Below are positions 17,578 to 25,241 of a stretch of 25,241 nucleotides of DNA, one piece after another. This DNA comes from Bdellovibrio sp. GTDB lineage: Bacteria; Bdellovibrionota; Bdellovibrionia; Bdellovibrionales; Bdellovibrionaceae. The notes beneath the pieces are model-generated. The model saw only the letters and a program-made list of their open reading frames with translations. It had not been told where the DNA came from and did no database searches. How positions within the stretch are numbered: position 1 is the stretch's first letter; each line of letters begins with the position of its first letter. Where the stretch lies: assembly GCA_046318155.1 (NCBI GenBank), contig JBKCUU010000003.1, forward strand, positions 1-25,241. The letters run 5' to 3'. The position numbers and the translations under genes were made by a program.

Positions 17578-18260
17578 TCAATGGACCTCATATTTTTAAG
17601 GCGTGATGAAACAACATCTTTGATTCCAGAAATAGAGAACTCATCAGCCTCTGCCTCACTGTCAAACTTGGCCGTTTGAGTACGCGTGTTCTTGGCCATC
17701 ACTTGACCAAAGTTTTGAGGAGTTTCTTCAGGAACATCTTCGTCCAAAAGAGAAAGGGCTTTGATTAAAGAGATATTATGGTCCGTGATCCCGATCAGCA
17801 CGGACTCGCCCGCGACGCGCACAATGGCCAATGATTTCTTGGGACCCAGGTGATGCTGCGCCAAGATTTTCATTTGAGTGTGGGGGTTCACGGTTTTGTT
17901 TGCAAACTTATACTTCTTAAGCGCAAGCCATCCTGCCATGGCCAAGCCACCAACGACGGCTAATCCCATCAACATTTTGGTTAGGGGACTCCCCTCACCC
18001 GCTTCGCCTTTTTTGGACTCGAGGCGAACAGGAATGTCCGACTCTTTAGCACCTGAAACCTTTAAAGCCGTGACAGCAGACGCTGCCTCGGCTCCCTTAA
18101 TCTCACGCGCCATGAGAGCTGATTCGATGTTCGCTTCGGTCAATCCACCGACGTCGCTGCTTAAACCTGCCGGAGTTTCGGCTTTCAATTCTTCGGGAGT
18201 GGCCGCAAAAGCCGATGCTCCGCAAACCAAGATAAAGAGGGAAAGAATCAGGTGTTTCAT
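17574..18260 (-). CDS. fliO: Flagellar protein FliO/FliZ
   Basis: Signal peptide, TM helix, LGPKKSLAIVRVAGESVLIGITDHNISLI; between fliN and fliP. Alternative GTG start at 18263. Confidence 0.88.
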   Translation of the reverse strand: MKHLILSLFILVCGASAFAATPEELKAETPAGLSSDVGGLTEANIESALMAREIKGAEAASAVTALKVSGAKESDIPVRLESKKGEAGEGSPLTKMLMGLAVVGGLAMAGWLALKKYKFANKTVNPHTQMKILAQHHLGPKKSLAIVRVAGESVLIGITDHNISLIKALSLLDEDVPEETPQNFGQVMAKNTRTQTAKFDSEAEADEFSISGIKDVVSSRLKNMRSIE

Positions 18261-18637
18261 CACTTCAATTGCTCCACGCGTTCTTTTGTCGAGATAATGT
18301 CTGTCAATCGCACACCGAATTTTTCATTGACCACCACGGCCTCGCCGCGAGCGATCAACTTGTCGTTCACAAAAACTTCCATGGGTTCACCGGCTAATTT
18401 AGCCAATTCGATGACCGACCCTTGTCCTAAGTTGAGCAATTCACTCACGGGCATTTTGGTGCGACCTAGCTCGACCGTTACGCGCAAAGGAATGTCCATG
18501 ATCATCTGTAAGTTGCGGTCTTTCGTGGGATCAAGAACATCGGCAGCCGCTTGCTCGGCGGATCCGGTACCCGCCCCCGCAGTGCCGTCTGCTTCGGCGG
18601 CGAGTTGGTCCGCAAGATTATCTAAGTTGTCAGCCAT
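18260..18637 (-). CDS. fliN: Flagellar motor switch protein FliN
   Basis: DIPLRVTVELGRT; GEAVVVNEKFGVRLTDI. Confidence 0.97.
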   Translation of the reverse strand: MADNLDNLADQLAAEADGTAGAGTGSAEQAAADVLDPTKDRNLQMIMDIPLRVTVELGRTKMPVSELLNLGQGSVIELAKLAGEPMEVFVNDKLIARGEAVVVNEKFGVRLTDIISTKERVEQLK

Positions 18638-18650
18638 GTCGTCTCTCCCT

Positions 18651-19685
18651 TTAAGGTTTTTCGATCGGACGTGTCACTTGCATAGCGACCGACCCGTGGT
18701 GGATTCCGTAGTAGCCTTTGAATTTGCGAACACCCTCAACCTGGATATCAAACTCGCCGGTCGAGTCCTGATTGAGGGGGATCACGTCGCCCTCTTTCAG
18801 ATTCATGAGGTCGGACAACGAGATCGCGGATTCGCCCAAATCAACTTTAACATTGAGATCGGTTTCCATCAGCTGATCCCGAATAATGGTCGTCCAAAGT
18901 TTTTTGTCTGTTTGGTCGGACTCGACTTGAAATCCGCTCGAGAGCTTTTGCTTAATGGGTTCAATCGTTGCGTAAGGAATAACGATCGTGATCGTGCCAT
19001 TCGCGTTCTCGAGTTCGACGTCAAAGGTCGAAGCGATGACGACGTCTGTAGGGGGAACGATACCGACGAACTGAGGGTTGACCTCGGTTCGAACAAAGGA
19101 GCAACCGATTTTTTCAACCGATTCCCAGGCAACTTCAAGATCTTCAATCGCTAAATCCACTACTTTTCTGACAATAGAAAGCTCGATTTGGGTGAAGTCT
19201 TTTCCTTCGATCTTTGTATAGGGACGATCAGCGCCGCCAAAGAAACTGTCGACAAGGGCATAAGCCAATTTACTCTCGATCACCAAAAGGGCTGATCCAC
19301 GAAGGTTCTGAAATCGTAGAACACTCATGCACGTGGGCATCGGCAACGTATTGATAAACTCGCCAAACTTGAGAAAATCGGTGCTGGCTAAGGTCAGCGA
19401 GGCGATCTTGCGCAACGCGGACGAAAGCGAGACGCGGAATGAGCGCATAAACTTTTCATAAATGACTTCAAGCTGTGGCAATCGGCCGCGAATAATGCGG
19501 TCCTGGCTGGTCAGGTCATACGTCACGACGACTTTGTCTTGTTGATCAGAACTTTTGCCGCCTCCACTTGCCGACTTGTTGGCGCCGCCGCCACTTGATT
19601 CGCCACTACTCGCACCGCCGGAGTCCCCATCGGAGACGGCGGCGAGCAGGGCGTCAACTTCACTTTGTGAAAGAACCTGATTCAC
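18651..19685 (-). CDS. fliM: Flagellar motor switch protein FliM
   Basis: VLSQSEVDALL CheY-binding motif; FFGG; EVNPQF. Confidence 0.97.
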   Translation of the reverse strand: MNQVLSQSEVDALLAAVSDGDSGGASSGESSGGGANKSASGGGKSSDQQDKVVVTYDLTSQDRIIRGRLPQLEVIYEKFMRSFRVSLSSALRKIASLTLASTDFLKFGEFINTLPMPTCMSVLRFQNLRGSALLVIESKLAYALVDSFFGGADRPYTKIEGKDFTQIELSIVRKVVDLAIEDLEVAWESVEKIGCSFVRTEVNPQFVGIVPPTDVVIASTFDVELENANGTITIVIPYATIEPIKQKLSSGFQVESDQTDKKLWTTIIRDQLMETDLNVKVDLGESAISLSDLMNLKEGDVIPLNQDSTGEFDIQVEGVRKFKGYYGIHHGSVAMQVTRPIEKP

Positions 19686-19698
19686 TCATGAACCCCCG

Positions 19699-20241
19699 TT
19701 AGTTGTATATAAACTCGGTGAAAAAGACGCTTTCGATTTTTCCCTTTGAAAGAAAGGCATTAACCGTGTCCTTGATTTCCTCGCGTAACTGGTTCTTCCC
19801 CTCTTTCGTCGAAACGTATTCGTAAGTCTTCGACGAGAGGATCATGATGATGATGTCGCGCACTTGAGCCTGACGTTGGTCGATCTCTTTTTGCACGTCT
19901 ACTTTAGAGACTTCGAGCTCGACATTGACCTTAGCAACCCGTCGACCCTTGCTGCCAGCGAGATTCACGATGAATGTCTCGAGAGGAACGACGGGCTTCT
20001 TTTTGACGTCGGTGTCTTTTTTTTCTTCGTGCTGAGTTTCGACCTCGCCTTGAATCGCATGTTCGATGGTTGGCTTCGCTTTTTCAGCTTGGCGACCTTT
20101 GTACAGCATGAAGCCGACAGCGCCCACGACCACCATGTTGATGACCGCTAGGGCCAGAATCAAGATGTTCTGTTTACCACCACCGCCAGAACTTGGTGCC
20201 GGTGCTGCCACTTCTTTTGCCGCCGCATTTTCTTCAGCCAC
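19699..20241 (-). CDS. fliL: Flagellar basal-body protein FliL
   Basis: N-terminal TM; LETFIVNLA; VRDIII; VFFTEFI. Confidence 0.95.
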   Translation of the reverse strand: MAEENAAAKEVAAPAPSSGGGGKQNILILALAVINMVVVGAVGFMLYKGRQAEKAKPTIEHAIQGEVETQHEEKKDTDVKKKPVVPLETFIVNLAGSKGRRVAKVNVELEVSKVDVQKEIDQRQAQVRDIIIMILSSKTYEYVSTKEGKNQLREEIKDTVNAFLSKGKIESVFFTEFIYN

Positions 20242-20286
20242 TTCATACTCCTGAAAAATGAAAACAATTCTTCACTTCTTTCAAAG

Positions 20287-20303
20287 AGCAACTCAAGTGC
20301 CAA
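20287..20303 (-). promoter_or_regulatory. Sigma54 -24/-12 promoter of the fliL-fliA operon
   Basis: Minus strand TTGGCACTTGAGTTGCT, near consensus, 45 nt upstream of fliL. Confidence 0.85.
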
Positions 20304-20399
20304 CAAGACCATAGACGGGATTGAGTAATAGAAGAGCGGTGTGTTGGTTTTTAGTCAGGACCTCGACCTCTGACCGAGGTCAAAACTGCCGTTCGAGTG

Positions 20400-21236
20400 T
20401 CAGTTCGTTGACGGCAAAATGTAGGGAATCAGCTCAGCTTGCACGGCTTTAACAACGTGTTTTGTCCCCGCAACAATGGAATTATGAAAGGGATCGTACT
20501 CGAGTCCACGGTACGTCTGCACAATACCACCGGCTTCGCGCACGAGAAGGACTCCCGCGGCTGAGTCCCAGGGTTTGATCCCTTTTTCCCAATAACCATC
20601 GAAGACACCCTTTGCCACCAAACAAAGATCGTAAGCCGCAGCACCGGCGCGGCGAATCGCGCGGGCTTTGCGAACCATATTTGAGAAAATGCGAAGCTGC
20701 TCTTCTAAATTTTCCTCGTTCTCAGAGATAAAACCCGTCGCTAGAAAAGCATTCTTGAGCTCTGTCGTGCCGCTTACAGAAATTTTTCGGCCATTCACGA
20801 AAGCACCGCCATCACGAGTGGCCGAATAAACTTCGCCCATCATGGGAACGTCAACAACTCCAACTTCAAGATGAACACCAGCCTGCAATCCCAAGCTGAC
20901 AGCGAAGGCCGGGAAGCGGTGAATATAGTTTGTCGTTCCATCCAAAGGATCCAGAATCCAACGCGGGCGATTGGATTTTGACTGGACCGCACGAAGGTCG
21001 AGGGTCGATTCTTCCCCGACGAAATCAAAGTCTGGAAACTCCTTATAGAGATAAGCGCGGATCACACGCTCAGATTCCTTGTCAGCTTCGCTCACGAGGC
21101 CGGATTGAAACTTTTCTTCGATCTTCTCAAGCCGACCAAAGTAGTGAAGCAGGACCTCTCGGCCCAGCCGTGTGGCCTTTAAAGCGCAGCGTAAAAGTTC
21201 TTTTCGTTCTTGAGGCCCGATGTATTGAAAGTTCAT
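20400..21236 (-). CDS. suhB: Inositol monophosphatase family protein (SuhB)
   Basis: VSEAD, GEE, WILDPLDGTTNY, GAAAYDLC, KPWDSAAG. Start uncertain (21236 vs 21257). Confidence 0.92.
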   Translation of the reverse strand: MNFQYIGPQERKELLRCALKATRLGREVLLHYFGRLEKIEEKFQSGLVSEADKESERVIRAYLYKEFPDFDFVGEESTLDLRAVQSKSNRPRWILDPLDGTTNYIHRFPAFAVSLGLQAGVHLEVGVVDVPMMGEVYSATRDGGAFVNGRKISVSGTTELKNAFLATGFISENEENLEEQLRIFSNMVRKARAIRRAGAAAYDLCLVAKGVFDGYWEKGIKPWDSAAGVLLVREAGGIVQTYRGLEYDPFHNSIVAGTKHVVKAVQAELIPYILPSTN

Positions 21237-21346
21237 GGCAGCCACGCTACCATACAAAAGGAGATCGGTTGACCAAATAATTGGATCGTTTTTTTAAACC
21301 AAATTAGTTAAAACGTATTTTACGTTTATCAGGACAGGATGGATCT

Positions 21347-22204
21347 ATGGCTGGGGATAAAAACGCAACGAAAACAGATGCGGTCGTTAAACTCGTCTTG
21401 GTTTTCTTTGTGTGCTTGTTGTCATTTTCGATCGGTACGTTTGTTGGCAAGAAGTTTAGTGACAGCCAAAACAAAATCGCAAAGTTTGAGCCCGAAACTG
21501 GTGCGCGTGATGTGGCGTCGGTCTCTCCTGAAGCTTCTGAGGTCAAACCCGGTGACGCCCTGACTGATGATGAAGTTGCGAAGCTTGCTGAAGAGTTTGT
21601 TGCCGAAGATAAAAATGGCGTTCCCTCGCCAGCTCACGGAGATGATTCAGATGAACATCCCGCAGGCGACAAGCATAGCGATGTTGTTGAGGCTAAAAAC
21701 TCGCATGGCGATGAGTATGCAGCTCCTGCTCCAAAACGCACGACTCAATCAGTAAAGCCTCCAGCTCATGGCGAGGCGGCCCATAAATCAGGAGCCATTG
21801 ATCCTCACGCCGTCCCCTCTAAAGCGGCCGACAAAGTTTCGAAAAATGAAAACCCTTCGAAATGGGAAAGGCCTGCCGGTGCCAAGACAGCGCAAGACCG
21901 CATTCCGACGGCTTTACCCAAAGAGATCGCGGGTTCGGCAATCGGCAAGTACACGGTTCAAGTCGCGTCGTATCCTGACGAGGCTGAAGCGCAAAAAATG
22001 GCGACCGATCTAAAAGCAAAAGGTTTTAGCTCTTTTTATGTCTCAGCCACAGTCAAAAACAAGAAGTCAGTCGCGGCTGAAAAAACATGGTACCGCGTGA
22101 GCGTGGGCTTGTTTACGACCCAAAAAGAAGCCGAAGCTTACAAGCAAGATCTCCTTAGTCGATCTAAAGTCAGCTCAGCCATCGTGCAAAGAATTACGGA
22201 GTAG
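21347..22204 (+). CDS. SPOR-domain membrane-anchored protein (FtsN/DedD-like architecture)
   Basis: N-terminal TM, low-complexity His/Pro/Ala linker, C-terminal YTVQVASY...WYRVSVGLF. Confidence 0.9.
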   Translation: MAGDKNATKTDAVVKLVLVFFVCLLSFSIGTFVGKKFSDSQNKIAKFEPETGARDVASVSPEASEVKPGDALTDDEVAKLAEEFVAEDKNGVPSPAHGDDSDEHPAGDKHSDVVEAKNSHGDEYAAPAPKRTTQSVKPPAHGEAAHKSGAIDPHAVPSKAADKVSKNENPSKWERPAGAKTAQDRIPTALPKEIAGSAIGKYTVQVASYPDEAEAQKMATDLKAKGFSSFYVSATVKNKKSVAAEKTWYRVSVGLFTTQKEAEAYKQDLLSRSKVSSAIVQRITE

Positions 22205-22244
22205 TTTAGATTCTTAAACTCAGATCTTGAAATTTAGATTTTTG

Positions 22245-22271
22245 AAAGCGCACCTCAAGGTGCGTTTTTTT
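22245..22271 (+). terminator. Intrinsic terminator, possibly bidirectional
   Basis: AAA-GCGCACC-TCAA-GGTGCGT-TTTTTT between convergent genes. Confidence 0.85.
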
Positions 22272-22273
22272 CT

Positions 22274-22882
22274 TCACCAGATCACAAAACCCAAGCGAAT
22301 AAGACCGCCCAGCGTGGGATCGGGATCCAATTGAGGACTCTTGTACAAACGCCCTTCCGCTGAGAGCCAGACATGTGAACGGGGCCAGAAACGAATCCCA
22401 AATGAAGCGCCCACGCCTGTTTGCCAAGGGCTTTGATCCGTTTGCGAGTCACTGGCTAAGCCGGTCTCAACACTTGTCTTGATCATTCCTAATCCGCCGC
22501 CCAGAAACGGAGCAACCAGGTCTAAGTCGGTTGGCTGCCAGTAAGCCCAAGCAAAGAGCGTGTCAACTTTGCGGTCGACCGAAACAGAGCCATCTGCCGT
22601 GCCCTCTTTAAAGCTGGCGTATTCAAGAAGAGCAATCCAAGGGCTCCATTCGATTCCGCCCGCGTAATTGAGCATCGATCGATCTTTGGTTTGTTGCTCT
22701 TGATTGCGCTCGAATCTGACATCATAGCCCAACATAAAAACACCGGCCCGCTGGTTCAAGTTTTTGCGAGACTGCACCATCGGATTTTGCAAATCAGATT
22801 TGCCGACTTTCTTTTTTAAGACGATTTCGGCATGGGCCGTCGTCGAAAACACAAGCAGAAGGACCGTGAAGATTTTTTTCAT
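22274..22882 (-). CDS. Small outer-membrane beta-barrel protein
   Basis: Signal peptide ending AHA; amphipathic strands (PFLGGGLG, FGIRF, LSAEGRLY); C-terminal LIRLGFVIW; ATGA overlap with the upstream gene. Confidence 0.75.
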   Translation of the reverse strand: MKKIFTVLLLVFSTTAHAEIVLKKKVGKSDLQNPMVQSRKNLNQRAGVFMLGYDVRFERNQEQQTKDRSMLNYAGGIEWSPWIALLEYASFKEGTADGSVSVDRKVDTLFAWAYWQPTDLDLVAPFLGGGLGMIKTSVETGLASDSQTDQSPWQTGVGASFGIRFWPRSHVWLSAEGRLYKSPQLDPDPTLGGLIRLGFVIW

Positions 22883-24135
22883 GGTTTCACCGCCCCACGG
22901 GATGTACACACACCCGCCTCGGCGTCCTCGAGTTTTTCACGGATCAACTGACAGGATTCCTCACCTAAAAAGGGAAGCTCATTTGACAGGGTTTCGAGAA
23001 GAAATCCAGGCTTCATGTTTTCGTCTTCATCGAGCGACTGATATTTTTCTTGGATCTTGGTCAGGGACTGGATGATTGCTTTTGCCATTTGCACTCGAAA
23101 CAACTTTTCATCTGTTTGCTCTTTTTGTGTCTTAACTACGGCCTGCTGAAGAATTGATTTGAGAACTTTTGCGTAGGAACTACCTAGGGCGTAGGACTCA
23201 CCAACTGATTCGGCAACTCGTGAATACATTCGAATACGTTCACTCCAATGAGATGCACTGGGAACTTGCTCAGCTTGGGTATCAAGGTCCCTGACTTTTT
23301 CCGAGCGGAGCGAGCGTGAGACGAACTGCTGATCACCCGAATAGAGGTAGCCCCAAACGTCAGCCAAGCCCTCGTTCATTCCACGAAACAAAGTCACATG
23401 GTACATTTCGCGCTCACTCAACGTCTGACCGCGGTCATTTCGGAACGTCAGACCCATCAAATCAGCTATCTCTTTTGCCGGGTGTGCCTCGGCATTTGAA
23501 GCCTGTGAAAACACGCCGCCCAAGGGCTTCAGCACCAGTTTAAAAAAGAAGGAGTGAAAATGCTCGTGACCAATCACGCCCGCATTCATCGACAGGGGTA
23601 GATCCGGCTGTGAATAGGGAACAAACAAAAACGCATCCAGCTGACCGCTGTAAAGAGCGTTGTCGCGGGATTGGCCGCGAGAGGCCTCCACGAGCCGAGT
23701 ATTCACGGCTATACTTCGCGGCCATGTATTCAGAGCTTTTATTCCGACTTGCTCGTCCAGCTTCATCAAGCCTTCGAAGTTTGAATAGAGCGAGAGGAGC
23801 TGCAAACTGAAGGCATCCGTCGCGACATAGGTTCCATCTTGGGTGCGCATCGTGCGAATTCGCGGCTCGACACCAACAAGCGGGTTGCCCGAGATCGCCG
23901 GCGAAAAGAAAAACCTCGCAGCGGCTCCTCGTAGAGCAATAAGGTCTTCAAGTGTTGTGAGTTCAACGAGTCCGAGCTTGTAGCCTTGATTCTTGTAGAC
24001 AGGGACTTTGACCGTGACGGATCCCGAAGGGCGATTTTGGCGACTGGTATCCTGGCACGCGATGAGCATCGCGACGAGGAGGCCCCCGACGATGGTTGAC
24101 AAAACTGACCTTGCGCGCAACGACTTCAGCTTCAC
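22879..24135 (-). CDS. Lipoprotein zinc metalloprotease (gluzincin, thermolysin/fungalysin-like motifs)
   Basis: Lipobox-like LIAC; DNA-x-Y; VIGHEHFH (HExxH); GMNEGLAD. Start inferred at GTG 24135. Confidence 0.75.
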   Translation of the reverse strand: MKLKSLRARSVLSTIVGGLLVAMLIACQDTSRQNRPSGSVTVKVPVYKNQGYKLGLVELTTLEDLIALRGAAARFFFSPAISGNPLVGVEPRIRTMRTQDGTYVATDAFSLQLLSLYSNFEGLMKLDEQVGIKALNTWPRSIAVNTRLVEASRGQSRDNALYSGQLDAFLFVPYSQPDLPLSMNAGVIGHEHFHSFFFKLVLKPLGGVFSQASNAEAHPAKEIADLMGLTFRNDRGQTLSEREMYHVTLFRGMNEGLADVWGYLYSGDQQFVSRSLRSEKVRDLDTQAEQVPSASHWSERIRMYSRVAESVGESYALGSSYAKVLKSILQQAVVKTQKEQTDEKLFRVQMAKAIIQSLTKIQEKYQSLDEDENMKPGFLLETLSNELPFLGEESCQLIREKLEDAEAGVCTSRGAVKP

Positions 24136-24250
24136 AAAAAAGGCCCCTTGCAATAAACCTGGTATCCCTCTGGGAATCAGCAAAGCTCCTGCCAGGTGAG
24201 CCGAGTTTCAGAGCATTTAAACGGGACTGCGATGTCCAGGGGCCTCAAAA

Positions 24251-25241
24251 ATGACACAAAAAGGCACTGCCGCACTTGAGCTTGTTTTGCAGGGATTGAA
24301 TCCTCCGCAGCGCCAAGCCGTTGAGAGTCTTGATGGTCCTCTCCTGATCTTGGCTGGCGCAGGTTCAGGAAAGACGCGTGTTCTCACCCACCGCATGGCC
24401 AACTTGATTTTGCAAGGCAAAGCCGCGCCAGACCAAGTTTTGGCGGTCACGTTTACAAACAAAGCCGCGCGCGAAATGGAATCACGGATTTTTAAAATTT
24501 TGAACGATCTTGGCATGCCGATCTACGAACCCCTTTGGGTCTCGACCTTTCATAGTTTTTGCGTTCGCGTTTTAAGGCAGCACATCACCCTTTTAGATTA
24601 TAAACCATTTTTTGGCATTTATGATGACTCGGATCAGATCAGTCAGATCAAAAAGGTCATGAACGCACTGAACATCAGCGACAAGTTGTTCCCGGCCAAA
24701 ACCTTTCGAGGCCGGATCAATCACGCCAAAATGTTAGCGCTCACTCCCACCGACGTCGAAAAGTCGTCAAAGCTTTTTTTGGATCAAAAGACGATTGAAG
24801 TTTATAAGATGTACGAACAAGAGATGAAAAAGGCCAACGCGCTCGATTTTGGCGATCTTTTGTTTAAAGTTTATGAATTGTTTCGAATGTACCCCGCGGT
24901 GCTTGAAGACTACCAAAAAAAGTTTCTCTACGTCATGATTGATGAGTATCAAGACACGAACCACATCCAATACCTGTTGGTGCAAGAGCTGGCGCGTGGC
25001 CACCGCAACTTATGCGTCGTTGGCGACGAAGATCAATCCATCTATAGCTGGCGCGGAGCCGACATCTCAAATATTTTGGATTTTGAAAATGAGTTCAAAG
25101 ACGCCACCGTGATTAAGCTCGAAGAAAACTACCGCTCGACCAAAACCATTGTCAGCGATGCGACCCGCTTGATCCAGTATTATACCGAACTCAAAGTCAA
25201 GACCCTTTTTACCAACAATGACCCCGGCGATCGTATCCTGG
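24251..25241 (+). CDS. uvrD: UvrD/PcrA ATP-dependent DNA helicase, truncated by the window end
   Basis: Translated by hand (not in the ORF track): LAGAGSGKTRVL, TFTNKAA, STFH, DEYQDTN, GDEDQSIYSWRGA, LEENYRST. Confidence 0.95.
   Translation, partial: MTQKGTAALELVLQGLNPPQRQAVESLDGPLLILAGAGSGKTRVLTHRMANLILQGKAAPDQVLAVTFTNKAAREMESRIFKILNDLGMPIYEPLWVSTFHSFCVRVLRQHITLLDYKPFFGIYDDSDQISQIKKVMNALNISDKLFPAKTFRGRINHAKMLALTPTDVEKSSKLFLDQKTIEVYKMYEQEMKKANALDFGDLLFKVYELFRMYPAVLEDYQKKFLYVMIDEYQDTNHIQYLLVQELARGHRNLCVVGDEDQSIYSWRGADISNILDFENEFKDATVIKLEENYRSTKTIVSDATRLIQYYTELKVKTLFTNNDPGDRIL

Noticed and set aside
18252..19154. 300-aa plus-strand ORF
   Set aside because: Antisense shadow of fliN and fliM.
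19560..19625. CCGCC-rich repeats in fliM
   Set aside because: Explained by codons of a Gly/Ser-rich linker.

Overview
Mostly core genome of what appears to be a Bdellovibrio-like bacterium (inferred from protein style and gene order). Left to right: a palindromic repeat element, aspS, a small PHA_gran_rgn-like gene, an RpoH-family sigma factor, a ~5.4 kb general-stress cluster, a DUF2059 gene, the flagellar operon fliL-M-N-O-P-Q-R-flhB-flhA-flhF-flhG-fliA, suhB, a SPOR protein, a lipoprotein zinc metalloprotease with a beta-barrel gene, and the 5' part of uvrD/pcrA. The stress cluster holds a DUF2383 ferritin-like gene, csbD, DUF883/ElaB-like, a membrane protein, an AI-2E transporter, an Hpt protein, an NtrC-type sigma54 activator and a broken receiver gene. 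The most interesting signal is in this cluster: three sigma54 -24/-12 promoters, each preceded by a related dyad (TGGGGCA-N3-TGCCCCA-like), next to a phosphorelay-type activator. This suggests a sigma54-controlled general stress regulon. FlhF has altered GTPase motifs and FlhG lacks its activator motif. No CRISPR array, tRNA/rRNA or transposase was seen. All calls were made by eye, without database searches.
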